NCBI RefSeq assembly: GCF_006345805.1 | Contig: NC_042999.1 | Coordinates: 49,972,001-50,036,000, forward strand | DNA: 64,000 nt | Direction of reading: 5' to 3' | Source of the DNA: Octopus sinensis | Lineage: Eukaryota | In this document: one piece after another, positions 39,005 to 52,135 of the stretch | How the letters are laid out: every line of letters starts with the position of its first letter | Position numbering within the stretch: position 1 is the stretch's first letter | Notes under the pieces: generated by a model | Seen by the model: the letters and a program-made list of their open reading frames with translations, nothing else | What the model was told of the DNA's origin: nothing | Databases searched by the model: none | Program-made: the position numbers and the translations under genes

Positions 39005-39500
39005 CGCCCTTTTCAAGCCTAGCTAGTCTCATGGGCCTGGTTTCTGTGGCGTATGTGTTCCCCCCAGCTAGACAGGATGCCAGTCCATCGCAGGGTTACT
39101 CAAGAAACAAGAAGAGTGAGTGAAAGTTGTGGTGAAAGAGTACAACAGGGGGTGCCACCACCCCCTGCCGGAGCCTCGTGGAGCTTTTAGGTGTTTGTGC
39201 TCAATAAACACACACAAAACCGCAATCCTCTGACTGCGAGTCCACTGCCCTAACCACTGAGCCATTGCACCTCCACAATAAATGCACCCTTTCAAAGCCT
39301 AGCCAGGCTCATGGGCCTGGTTTTCCAGTTTCAATGGCGTATGTGTTCCCCAGCTGGACCGGATGCCAGTCCATTGCGGCATTACTCCTTTTTTCCAGCT
39401 GAGTGAACTGGAGCAATGTGAAATGAACACAACGCGTCATCCAGTCCAGGAATCGAAACCACAATCTTGCAATCATGATGTTGTCACCCTAACCACTAAG
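39005..39500 (-). mobile_element. Two adjacent family-D-related SINEs with different cores
   Basis: Shared head and tail; the second carries a CAGCTGAGTGAACTGGAGCAATGTGAAATG core. Confidence 0.75.
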
Positions 39501-40249
39501 CCACGTGCCTCCACCTTGCCATGCAGTAGACTTCCCAAAATATACCCAATAAGTAGGTGGCTTTGTCAAACCAGACAACAGATTACACAAAAAGATGCAT
39601 GGTTTCTTATAAGCTTCCACAATGTTTTTATCAGCCAAAATTTTCTTTGCAAAGTTTTGATCAATCCTTGTTTCAAAGCAAATTTCTCAACCACACAGCC
39701 ATGCTTTGATAAGCTGAATTCAGTTTAAAGGTATCTTGATGTAATATATATAACAGATGAAAATGCGATTTAAATTAAACAACATAAGTTTGAGTGATGA
39801 CATCTTTATGCAATGGCACTATCAGTTTTATAATATCTACAACTGAATAACATACTTCAAATGTAGAAAAATATTCTCAACTTTCTCAACTGTATTTTTT
39901 TTTCCCAGTTAAAATTTCAAATTGCTAAAAAAGAGATTTCATTTTATTATTCAAAATCTCTAAAATGTAAATTTGAACTTGAAATAGAATATGATAATCA
40001 ACTAAAGTAAGTTTTATATTTGAAATTAAAATTTTTTTAAATCAAACTTTGATTCGAATTTTGATTTGAATTTTAGTTTTTAAAATTTCTCAGTGATAGA
40101 CCAAGCATGTTCTAGGGTTTTTTAAATGAGAGAAATCAATATTTTATTTCAGTCGCTTTTCTGTAACCATTGCATGAATTCTTTTGTTCATTTTTCCTCT
40201 TCAAAAAGAGAACAAATGTCTGAAATATTGGCTTTTTCACTTCATTCAT

Positions 40250-40585
40250 TTACTCTTTACTCTTTTACTTGTTTCAGTCATTTGACTGTGGCCATGCTGG
40301 AGCACTGCCTTTAGTCAAGCAAATTGACCCCAGGACTTATTTTATCAGTGTAAACACACCAGCATTGGTTGTCAAGCGATGTTGGGGGGACAAACACAGA
40401 CACACAAACATACACACACACACACATACATATATATACATATATTCGATGGGCTTCTTTCAGTTTCCATCTACCAAATCTACTCACAAGGCTACAGTAG
40501 AAGACACTTGCCCAATGTGCCATGCAATGGGACTGAACCTGGAACCATGTGATTCGTAAGCAAGCTACTTACCACACAGCCACTC
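40250..40585 (-). mobile_element. SINE family A (small internal deletions)
   Basis: Match to family. Confidence 0.85.
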
Positions 40586-40941
40586 AGTTTGGAAATGGGG
40601 TTATTTGAATCAGTTTTACAGCTAGATGCTTTTCCTGTCCCCTACACTTATCCATTTTCCAAGCAAGGGGATGTTTATTTTTTATTCTATGGCCCTATAA
40701 AAACATAAAGTGACTGGTCATAATGTCAACTAGATCTGTAAATATTATCACCATCATGTATGTTTTCTTCAGTTTTATTCTGTGAAATTCACACGTAAGT
40801 TATTAGCTGTCTGGGCTATAGTAGAACACACCCAAGGTGCCACTCACTGAGACCAAATGTAAAATCATGTGGTTGTGAAGCAAATGACTTAGCTACGCAA
40901 CCATGTCAGTACCTATATAGCTATCGGAACCCGACTTACTA

Positions 40942-41350
40942 TACTCTTTACTCTTTTACTTGTTTCAGTTATTTGTCTGCGGCCATGCTGGAGCACCGAC
41001 TTTAGTCAAGCAAATCGACCCCAGGACTTATTATTTGTAAGCCTAGTACTTATTCTATCAGTCTCTTTTGCCAAACCGCTAAGTTATGGGGATGTAAACA
41101 CACCAGCATCGGTTGTCAAGTGATGTTGGGGGGGGGGACAAACACAGACGCACAAACACACATATATATACATATACATATATATGACAGGCTTCTTTCA
41201 GTTCCCGTCTACCAAATGCACTCACAAGGCTTTGGTCGGCCTGAGGCTATAGTAGAAGACACTCGCCCAATGTGCCACACAGTGGGACTGAACCAGGAAC
41301 CATGTGGTTGGTAAGCAAGCTACTTACCACACAGCCACTCCTGTGCCTAT
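40942..41350 (-). mobile_element. SINE family A
   Basis: Full reverse copy. Confidence 0.9.
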
Positions 41351-42140
41351 AATATTTTTTCCTATAGTCTATTCATTTTTTACTACATTTCCTTTTAGTA
41401 AAGAATATCGATTCAACTGGTGAAATTGTCCTTTTCAAAAGTAATTTGATTTGTGAACTTGAAAGTTACTCGTCTGTAGAATTAGAATCTGTTGAGACTT
41501 CAAAAAGCCTTCATTAAAACTAATTTTTATTAATTATATTAAAGACATGTCACTATAAATTTGTTTTATTTCAAAAGTTTCTGCTTTTTTCATTTGTAGA
41601 CAAACACATGTCAGAGTTAATTTTATTCTCATCAGAGATGGCTTTTATCTGCTGATGCTTTCAGCTGAACTACCATCTGTTGGTTTTAGTAATATAGAGG
41701 AAATTCCTGCTGGGTAAAGAAATGAATTATTCATATCCCAAACTGAAATGACTGCAGGTCTTTCAAACAGCATCTAAGTAACAAGGCTAACTCTCATTAA
41801 ATTACTAGTCTGATAATAACTCACAGAAGCTTGGTGTTTTTTGGGGGGTTTTTTCTGCATAAAAAATTATTGCCTCAATGCTTCAAATTAATTTTTATAA
41901 CCTTTATAACTAATATGTTTAAATCACCAATTACTACACAAATTAAAACAAAATTGAAAGATTTTGAAATTTTTCTTTTTAAAATAGAGAGGTCACCACA
42001 AATGTTCGAAAGTAGCAAAGACAAAACTAAATAGTAGAATATAAAATGCTAAGGATCTGAATTGTGGAAAAAGTAATGCAAACACAGCATGAAGAAAGTG
42101 TAGGTTAAACTGATCCCAGACGTTTTGAAAGAAAATTTAC

Positions 42141-42299
42141 AGGTGCAGGAGTGGCTGTGTGGTAAGTAGCTTGTTTACCAACCACATGGTTCCAGGTTCA
42201 GTCCCACTGCATGGTACCTTGGGCAAGTGTCTTCTACTATAGCCTCAGGCCGACCAAAGCCTTGTGAGTGGATTTGGTAGACGGAAACTGCCTGTCGTA

Positions 42300-42345
<46 letters not shown>

Positions 42346-42571
42346 TATATATATATGTGCGTGTATGTTTGTGTGTCTGTGTTTGTCCCCCCTAGCATTG
42401 CTTGACAACCGATGCTGGTGTGTTTATATCCCCATCACTTAGTGGTTTGACAAAAGAGACCGATAGAATAAGTACTGGGCTTACAAAGAATAAGTCCCAG
42501 GGTCGAGTTGCTCGACTAAAGGCGGTGCTCCAGCATGGCCGCAGTCAAATTACTGAAACAAGTAAAAGAGA
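42141..42571 (+). mobile_element. SINE family A
   Basis: Full copy. Confidence 0.9.
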
Positions 42572-43617
42572 GGGTAAAGAGGTATGCTTACAAGACTATG
42601 GCTCTATGTTCAATCCCAATGTGCAGTACGTTGAGCAAGTATCTTATCTCATGTCTTTAGGGACGACTAATATTTTGAGAGTTGAATTTGATAGAAAGAA
42701 ACTGTGTGGAAGCCAGGGATGTAGGTGTGGGTATGTGTGCATGTGTGGAGGTGTGTGTGAGAGAGATTATGAGTTCACAGTGATAGAGAGAAACTGATGT
42801 ATGACATATGAGAAGAAATGTCTTGTAGATTTGGCTCTAAAAATATTGTACTGATGATTGCAATCAAATAAGAGATTCAAGCAGATAAGGGAAGTAGATG
42901 TTTACAGATTTTTCTATCATTTTTTGCATGTAAGTGAGGTGGTAATTGGTTGGGTTAAGGGAGCTGCATTCTTTGGATATGCAACTTAACATTATGTGTG
43001 TTTATTTTTTTAAATATTTTACTTTTAAAAGCATGATGTGAACAAACCATGCTAATGGCCTTCTCAGACCCTCTGCTGGTGATTGAAAGCATTTAGAAAG
43101 CAGTAAAAGCATCAGATGAACTTAAACACAGACATATACCCACACAGTGGTAGAAGCAGAAACTGAGCCAGAGTAATAAGAAGTTTTTGTGGAGGATATC
43201 CCAGTTAGAAGTCAGTAACAAGAAGAGCATTTTTTGCACTGGAGAAAAAAACCAAACTTTTAAAAGGGAAGTAGTGATATTAAGGGTAACCAAGATTATA
43301 TAACTATGCTAGAGATAGAAGATGGATACTTTGAGTTTCTAAGACAAAAAACACCTGTGGTTTGTGTGAATTATTTGTGTAGAAAAAGCATGACAGATGT
43401 AGACGAAAGGTTATTTTGTTTCATTGTTCATACATCTAAATAATGCTTTAGATTAACTTTATTGGTTTCAGCATGGTATCTTTGCTATTTTCATCATATA
43501 TATTTCACTTTTGTAAATACAAGTCAGTGAAACAAATGCCCTATGTTGGTGACTACAATTCATTAAAATCCTCAAAGTCTATGCCACAGCATGGCCATAG
43601 TCAAGTGACTGACACCA

Positions 43618-43845
43618 TTAACCCTTTCGTTACCAACCCAGCTGAAACCAGCTCTGGCTCTGAGTACAAATGTCTTGTTTTCATAAGATTTGAATTAAAA
43701 TCTGCCATCAGACCTTAGTCACAATTTATGTTCCTAACACTAGCTGAATGATAACTAAGTTACTCTACTAAATTTTTAGTTATATTTAAAGTAATTGAAA
43801 GAAACACAGAGCATCTCAAAATAAATACAGTACCGAAAGGGTTAA
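43618..43845. mobile_element. piggyBac-type MITE
   Basis: TTAA-CCCTTTCGTTAC ... GTACCGAAAGGG-TTAA; three copies in the window. Confidence 0.88.
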
Positions 43846-44139
43846 AAGAATTAAAATATCAAGGATCTTTTTATGGTGGCCAGTATAATGTCTGTTATAA
43901 GTGGATATCAGAATTTTCAAAGTCTTCTTGTAATTTATATTTCTTATACAATGAAATATTTGTATAATCATTGTCATGCAAAAATAATATTTATTTCTCT
44001 TTCCAATATATTTTTCACTGACCTACTTTGAAACCAAAAGCTCTATTCCTGCATAATCTCAAAAAATATATTTGGAACCTTATTTCTTCACTTTATCAAC
44101 ATTAACCCTTAAAACAAAGAAAAATATTTCAGCTAAGAT

Positions 44140-44468
44140 ACCCGTGCCGGTGATATGTAAAAAGCACCATGCGAACATGGCTGATGCCAGCACTGCCTGA
44201 CTTGCGTCCATGTCGGTGACACGTAAAATGCACCAACCAATCATGGCTGTTTGCCAGCCACCTCTGGCCCCTGTGCCGGTGGCACATAAAAAGCACCTAC
44301 TACACTCACAGAGTGGTTGGCGTTAGGAAGGGCATCCAGCTGTAGAAACACTGCCAGATCAAGATTGAAGCCTGGTGCAGCCTCCTGGCTTTCCAGACCC
44401 CGGTCGAACCATCCAACCCATGCTAGCAAGGAACATGGACATTAAACAATGATGATGAGGATGATGTT
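44140..44468 (+). mobile_element. RTE 3' UTR copy (family B)
   Basis: Tandem units plus tail. Confidence 0.85.
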
Positions 44469-45495
44469 ATCTAATGTATACATTTTGAAGAGATGTACTA
44501 TTGGTTGGGAAGATACATTATTGTGATTTTATTGTGTTAAATACATAACTTGGTTTGCCCCGATTTTCCTGAATAGTTAACAGAGTTTAGAGTTTAAGTT
44601 GATTCATGAACAATATTATAGGCATTCATCAATAAATTCCAAACTGTGCAAGTGTGCAAAACCAATCCTACATGTGCGTGGGATGAATTTTGTAAACTTG
44701 TTCATTAACAAGGGAGAAATGGATATGAAAAGGAAAAATTCCAATAAAATGTCTTTTTTTTTTAAAGTTTTGAAAAAAAAAAAAAATGAAGATTTTATTT
44801 TCTATGGTTGCCTTTGTTATTGGGGAAAAAAATATTCATAAACCTCTGATTTTAACAGTTAGATAAAGTAATTAAAATATAGAAAGCTAGACAAGAATCA
44901 TGATGTCTGACATTTGGTAAAAAAAATAAGACTTTATTGATTTGTCACCATGCAATGATAATTGGAAAGGAGTATAAGAAACAGGGAAAAATTCATAACT
45001 GTAACTAACAATGATTGCAGGGAGAAGGGTGAATGGGAGAAAAAGTAAGAGGAGAGAAAGAGAGTAGGAGAAGAAAATGAAACTTTGAAATGGAAAAAGA
45101 AGAGAAAAAAGAAAACTAAGGAAAAAAAACTGGCTTCATCAGCATCATTTACAACAATAGCAAAAATATTATGAGATTAAAATATGTTATTTAGATTGTA
45201 ATTAAAGCTGTAAAGAAAGCTGATTTAAGAAATATTCAGAAAGGGGAAAAAAAGAGAATAGTGGGAGAAAAAGAAAGAAAGAGAAAAAATGGCAGAAAGA
45301 GGAAAAAGTTACTGACTAGAATTTAAGGGTTTCTATTAATATTTAAAAAAAATGAAGGAACAAATATAGTCAAATTTCAAACCATATTTCATGAGATTAT
45401 GCAAAAAGATAGACTTTTGTTTCAAAGTTAGGAAATAAAGAAAAATATTTTGGGGAGGGAAATAACTGTTATTTTTGCCTGAAAATAAATATTTA

Positions 45496-45532
<37 letters not shown>

Positions 45533-46232
45533 CCTGTTACATTGCAAAAGAAATATAAAACACATGAAAATTATTCTATAAAAATGTTATTTTAGCAGCA
45601 AATATATTTATTTTATATTTCAAAAGATACTTCTTTATATTTATATTTTTGGAATCTAGTTCTAATTGATTTTATCAATTCTTACTATTTCCTTTACTAT
45701 GCATACAACAAATTTAGATGTCAAAATGTCTGCATACAATAAGCAAGTTAGTATTCTTGTATTAAAATTCAGGAAGCATTAAGAAGCCAAATAGAAATAA
45801 ATATGCAGTAAAAGAAAAAAAAAAAATCAAAAACAATATTAGTAAAGGATGAATATTATTTTCAATTATCCAACCAATACAGGAGATGACTCTATAACAT
45901 GTTTCGGTTTAAACCTGATATCATCAGTGAAGCATAACATTAACAATATTTGCAGAAGAAGTGATGAATGAATCACTATATAAATATACAAAGTGTGTAT
46001 ACGATTTTATCTTTTAATTTTTTTAGAATTAGAGATAGTTTTGTAGAAATTTGTTAAAGTTTTATGTATTCATTTCTTTGGTAGTTTAGGCTGGGCCTCC
46101 AAGAGAAATATTGCATGGCAAAAACAAATCAGTTTTTGGTTTGCAGTGCATTTCCTTTCAAAATTCAAAAGGTTGCCATGCATTTATTTATTCGTCTTCC
46201 TCATCATCATCATCATCATCATTATTATTATA

Positions 46233-46596
46233 TAGGTGTGTAGCTTGCTTACAAACCACATGATTCCAGGTTCAGTCCCACTGTGTGGCACCTTGGGCAA
46301 GTGTCTTCTACTATAGCCTTGGGCCGACCAAAGCCTTGTGAGTGGATTTGGTAGATGGAAACCGAAAGAAGCCCGTTGTATATATGTATGTATGTGTGTG
46401 TATATGTTTGTATGTCTGTGTTTGTTCCCACAACATCGCTTGATAACTGATGCTGGTGTGTTTACGTCCCAGTAACTTAGCAGTTTGGCAAAAGTGATCG
46501 ATAGAATAAGTCCTGGGGTCAATTTGCTTGACTAAAGGCGGTGCTCCATCATGGCCGCAGTCAAATGACTGAAACAAGTAAAACAGTAAAAGAGTA
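46233..46596 (+). mobile_element. SINE family A
   Basis: Match to family. Confidence 0.85.
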
Positions 46597-46822
46597 AGCT
46601 GGTGGGCTGGCAGAATTGTTAGCATCCCAGGCAAAATGCTGAGTGGCATTTCATCTGCTTTTACATTCTGAGTTCAAATTCTACTGAGGTCGACTTTGCT
46701 TTTTATCCTTTTAGCCAATAAATTACGTACCAGTAGAACACTAGGGTCGATGTAATCAACTAGTCCCCTCCCCCAAAATTTCAGGCCTTGTACTTTTAGT
46801 GGAAAGGATTATTATTATTATA
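46597..46822 (+). mobile_element. SINE family C variant with (ATT)n tail
   Basis: TTCTGAGTTCAAATTC...GGTCGACTTTGC; ends GGATTATTATT. Confidence 0.8.
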
Positions 46823-47540
46823 TGTCTGACTTTTGCTTTGTATTTGTACAAGTAGGCTCCCAGTCTCACCCAGAGACCTCAGAGACAACAAGATCATGTT
46901 GGTGTTATGCCTAGGGTATCATATATTTGGTTTTCTACGTAGTATTGTTCTAGAGACTGTTTAAGAAAACATTAAAAAAATTATGAGTTTGTTTTAGAAT
47001 TTGAGATTACATAGAAAGTATTTTACGTAGTATTTGGGCAGTTCCCATGAACACTATCTTTTGAATTTCTGCCATTTTGGGGTTTCCTAGTATCTGAGCT
47101 AGGTAGGAATCAGCCCCTTTTGCTATTATTCCCAGGGCACCTATTACAACAGGTGTTGTTTTAGTCTTGAGGTTCTACATTTTGCCGATTTTTATTTCAT
47201 ATCTTTATACTTGCTCAGTTTTTGGTAGGTCTTGACAGATACGTTTATGTTGATTGGGACAGTCATATCAATGAGGAGGCATGTTCTTTGTCTGAAGTCT
47301 TTCAATATAATGTCTGGCCTATTTGCATCTACCTTTCTGTCAATTTGAACGGTGAAGTTCCAGAGGAGTGAGATGTGGTCATTTTCAAGCACTGGCGGTG
47401 GTTTGTGTTCCCACCAGTTTTTATCATGGGGCAGGTCCAGGTTTTTGCAAATTACCCAGTGAATATACTGTGCAGCTCTATCATGCCTGTTGAGATACTC
47501 TGGAAGCACAAGAAAACTGCACATTATTATTACTATTATT
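46808..47540 (-). mobile_element. 5'-truncated R4/Dong-like (restriction-like endonuclease) LINE
   Basis: RHDRAAQYIHW..W..VLEND..LLWNF..DRKVDANRPDI..LLID..KYQ-type RLE domain; TAA-like repeats on both sides. Confidence 0.85.
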
Positions 47541-48584
47541 TCAAATTTTTGCCACAAGGGCAGCTTGGGGGAAGTGGATTATCATCATTATCATCATCAT
47601 CATCATTATTATTGAGAAAAAGGCTCATTAGATATTCATAGCTCTCTCCTTAGTTTTATGTACCCCAGAGAGATGTACTGGCTCAATTCCTCCAATAAGC
47701 CCTAGGTTTAGATTTTGTTAGAATATGAAAAAGATTTTTGGATGCAGTTAGCAATATATGTAAATCTAGTCACATTTTCTCCTTGTTAAACTTTGAGTTC
47801 CATTCTTCATTCTTACCCAATACATCTAGAGGTAAGATGGTGGAATGTAAATCATGGTATAATTAAATTTATATTCCTATCCCATTTTTATTTGATTGAA
47901 ACTTATTACACAAATTACAAATATTGCAAACTTAAATTATGATCGTCTGAGAACATTTTTCTGCTCTTAAAAAATATGACATAGAAATAACCAGAATGAT
48001 TTTTAAATGAGTTTCATTATTATTATTATTTTGCATTTTGTTAATGAGAACTAAGGTGGAGCAGATATTCATGGAGAAAATTAATTTAAAGTGAAAAGAC
48101 AACTTTTTGAAAACATCAATCATAAGCTGCTGAACACTGATGACTGAACATTGTCTGATTAATAGAGACATGAATTTGATCAAAAAGTTGTAATTATGAT
48201 CACTTAAATAACCATTCTGTACTGTTCACACATTTTTTTTTTCTTTGGTTGAAGCTTGTAGCAATTTTGTTTGAAATTATAATTGCCAATTATGTTAATA
48301 TATTTAAATTTTAAGAGTCTGATGTCATGTATTTTAAGAATGACTTAAGGCAATGCGAGTATTCAAGTGTTTAGACTAGAATGAGCTATAAAGTTTCATT
48401 ATTATTTATATCAAAAATTTTTATCTACGTATTTGTTATGCATTACAGTTAGGTTATGACCGAGATAATCTTAATAACACTTCAACAAACATTCTTTCTA
48501 ACATGTCAAAATATTAAATGTCTAAATGTGTGACATAAGCTATTGTTAATGTGATTATAATGTTTTAGGCTTTCAAATTCATCT

Positions 48585-48900
48585 TTAACGATGAATCTCT
48601 CTCTATCTGCTCAGTCGAAGTCGACTCTCGGTCACTCGTTGGATCAGTGTCCTCCAGTCAGTTCTATCCTGGGCCACTTCTTTCAGATTGGCTATGTCCA
48701 TTCCAGTATCACTCTTGATGGTGTCAAGCCAGCGGGTTCTTGGTTGGCCTCTTTCTCTCTTGCCACTGACCATTCTGAGCATAATGTCCTTCTCCAGAGA
48801 TTTTCTCTGCATGATATGACCGAAATATGCCAATCTATGCTTGGTGATCCTAGCTTCTAGCGACATTTTCAGCCTTATCTGCTTAAGAACTTCATCAACT
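48585..48900 (-). mobile_element. RTE/BovB-like LINE 3' end
   Basis: LAYFGHIMQRKSLEKDIMLRMVSGKRERGQPRTRWLDTIK..AQDRTDWR. Confidence 0.88.
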
Positions 48901-49477
48901 CCAAGTTCAATTTGCTTGATCACTTATTGTAAGTATGTGTTTTATTTCTGGATATGTAGTTTATGAGTAAAAGTTATTGATATGAATCTAATTTGTAATC
49001 AAATCCCATCTTGCTATGAGACTGCTAGTGATGCTGCAGAACAAACTGATCAAAATATTGTATGAATGTAAGCACTAATAACCTAAAAAAATGAGAAAAA
49101 TTATCATCCTAAGGTATATTTTGGTTGATTAGAATGGAAAGCTGTCTAAACAATTTCTTTTAATAAGATCAAATTCTCTTTGGGGCATGATTGCATGACT
49201 AAGAAGTTTTCTTTGCAACCAAGAGATTTCACATTCAATAATATTGTTTGACACCTTAAACACATATCTTCTACCATAGCCTCAAGTAGACCATTACCTT
49301 GTGAATGTAATTCAATGACAGATGTTGTGCAGATTCCATTGAGTCTATGTGCATGTACATGTGTGTATGCATGTATATAGTGTGTATGTATGTCTGCATG
49401 TGCGTGTAAGATAAATTTTATTTTTAAGCTAAAACTTTAAAAATTGTGAATTTTATGTTTTATTAATTTCCAATTAA

Positions 49478-50176
49478 TAGGTGCAAGCATGGCTGTTTAG
49501 TAAAAAGCTTGCTTCCCAACCACATGGTTCCAGATTCAGTCCCATTGTGTAGCACAATGGGCAGATGTCTTTTACTATAGTCTTGGGCTATCCAAATTCT
49601 TGTGAGTGGATTTAGTAGATAGAAACTAAAGGAAGCCTATCATCTACATACATATACATACATACATACATATATATATATAGGGAGAATTTATGAAAAA
49701 AAAGACGAAGACAGGTGGTGTACAAAACAAACAGATGTATTAGTATAATGCTCAGGAATAGAAAAAGTCTTTTACGTTTCGAGCCTACGCACTTCTACAG
49801 AAAGGTACACAGAAAAAACAAGGAGAGAAACAAGGAAAGAAAATATATATAATATATATATATATATATATACTACATACATATACCTATGTATATATAT
49901 AAATACACACACACAGATGTATATATCTATGTGTATATCTTTGCGTATGTATTTGTCCCTCCACCACCACCACCACCACCACCACTTGACAACTAGTGTC
50001 AGTATGTTTATGTCCTCATAGCTTATCAGTTCAGCAAAAGAAACCAACGGAATAAATACTAGGCTTTAAAAAAATTAAGTTCTGCGGGGGAGGTCAATTT
50101 GTTTGACTAAAAAAACCCTTCAAGGCAGTGCCCCAGCATGGCTACAGTCAAATAACAAACAAGTAAAAGATAAAAG
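49478..50176 (+). mobile_element. SINE family A with a Penelope-like fragment (about 49681-49850) nested in its TA microsatellite
   Basis: Head at 49478 and tail at about 50170; foreign block between TA runs. Confidence 0.75.
49769..49804 (-). pseudogene. Mutated minimal type I hammerhead motif
   Basis: CUUU-CUGUAGA-A-GUGC GUAG GCUC-GAAAC-GUA-AAAG; core and stem II lesions. Confidence 0.6.
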
Positions 50177-50303
50177 AAATTAATCAAAGGATTTTGAACT
50201 TATAAGATTTGATTGTAACATGTCACAGACCGGCTGAGATTCTACCTGTATAGCATTTTGACATATTTCAAAGGGAAAGTTTCAATTCATGAAATCACAG
50301 GCT

Positions 50304-50533
50304 TTAACCCTTTTGATACCAACCCGGCCAAAACCGCCTCTGGCTCTGTAGAACAAATGTCTTGTTTTCATAAGTATTGAATTAAAATCTTCCACCAAAC
50401 CTTAGTCACAATTTATGTTCCCAACACTAGCCTAATGATAACTAAGTTCTTTTATTAAATTTTTTGTTGTATTTAAAATTAATTGAATGAAACACAGAGA
50501 ATCTCAAAATAAATACAGTAACAAAAGAGTTAA
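50304..50533. mobile_element. piggyBac-type MITE (copy 2)
   Basis: TTAA-flanked; homologous to 43618-43845. Confidence 0.85.
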
Positions 50534-50659
50534 CAGTGAGATGCAGGGTAACAAATGAAAATTTTTGGTTTGTCTGGAATGCCCGTTTGTAGTATAAGAA
50601 ATGGTCTAATATTCAATCATTGGGCATTCTAAAATATTTCAGTAAATAGTTCTGATAAT

Positions 50660-51110
50660 CCTTTCTACTATAGACACAAGGCCTGAAATTTTGGGGGAGG
50701 AGGATAAGTCGATTGACTCCAATGCTCAATTGGAATTTATTTCATCTACCCACGAAATGAATGAATGTTGACTTCAGTGGAATTTGAACTCAGAACATAG
50801 ACAGCCGAAATGCCACTAAGCATTTTGTCCAATGTGCTAATGATTCTGCAAGCTCACTGTCTTTAAAATATTTTAAATAATGGGTTTCGAATTTTGGCTC
50901 GAGGCCAGCAATTTCAGGGAGAGAGAAAGTTGATTATGAAGCTCAGTACTCAATTGGCATTTATTTTATCAGCCCCAAAAGGATGAAAAGCAATGTCAAG
51001 TTCAGCGGAATTTGAACCCAGAATGTATATAAAGGCAGATAAAATGCCACTAAGCATTTTGTTTGATGTGCTAATGATTCTTCTAGCTCACCAGCTTTAG
51101 AATATTTCTA
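50660..51110 (-). mobile_element. Two degraded SINE family C copies
   Basis: GAATTTGAACTCAGAAC...CCACTAAGCATTTTG occurs twice. Confidence 0.7.
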
Positions 51111-51734
51111 AGAATGGCAACAAAATTATTAGCACTGAAGAGTGATTAGAATAAAATTCTTTTGAAACAGCATATTCATTTTCACTGATACAAAGATCAC
51201 AGCCACTGCTACCCTTACTATAATGCTTGGCATGCTCTAATATACTTTCTGTTAATATTGGTCCTTAAAAACCAGATTTACTTTAACAAACTTCTATTTA
51301 AAGACTTTTCTTCAAGATTTCTAAAACTATATTGATGTTCACTGAATCTTATTTTTATAGAATTCTTAGTCAGCCTCATATAAAACTTAAAAGTTGTATT
51401 ATTATCTGTAAATACACTATTGATTTCAAATGACATTAATTATTTAATGAAACATTTGTGAAGTTTAAATCAATAGCACAAATGGGAAGGATAGGCTGTC
51501 AATAGCTATTTACGATTTTTGCTATTAATACTTGCTGTTTCTGTAGCAAAATTATGTGTACAATCAAAATTAAATTTAATGTTACTCCTATTAGAAATTT
51601 ATAATTACAATTTTTCAAAACCAAGAAAGAAAAAAAAACTTATTTAATAAGTTAAAAGGTGATTAATGAGTATTGTACTAACTTTATCATTGAATATAAT
51701 ATTAAACTAAATATATTTCTTACATTTTTTATAT

Positions 51735-52135
51735 TTGTTTTTGCAAGATTCTTGATGTGAAATCGTGTGTTGAAACAGATATTGTTGTATTTAGGAATGG
51801 TCATTTTGCCAGTTTAGCCAATAAAAACACACGCACTATATATTTGGTGTTAATTTGCTTCAGCATTATTTATTTTTTACATTAATCTTAATCGTATTTC
51901 GACCAGAGTTCTTTCGTCACACTCCCGTGACCTCATCAGTGGTCCTTTGCTTTCCTCTTTCATATTTGTGTCTCTCCTTACTAACGGTCAGCCATTTTGC
52001 ATCGTGTATTCTTATTGTAGGTGTCTTTATTTGCGCATGTGTATACTTCTACATGTGTCTATGTTTAGTTAGTGTGTGTTTGGGGGTGGAGTGCCTGTAT
52101 TATCTGTATCTCCTGTATATATACACATTCATGTA
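51735..52135 (-). mobile_element. Penelope-like terminal (pLTR-type) fragment containing an HHR
   Basis: HHR followed by AATAAA and ATG MTIPKYNNICFNTRFHIKNLAK; related to the 14-, 34.8- and 62-kb repeats. Confidence 0.6.
51901..51944 (-). ncRNA. Minimal type I hammerhead ribozyme (CUC triplet)
   Basis: GACCA-CUGAUGA-G-GUCAC GGGAGU GUGAC-GAAA-G AA CUC-UGGUC; 5-bp stems I and II. Confidence 0.75.
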
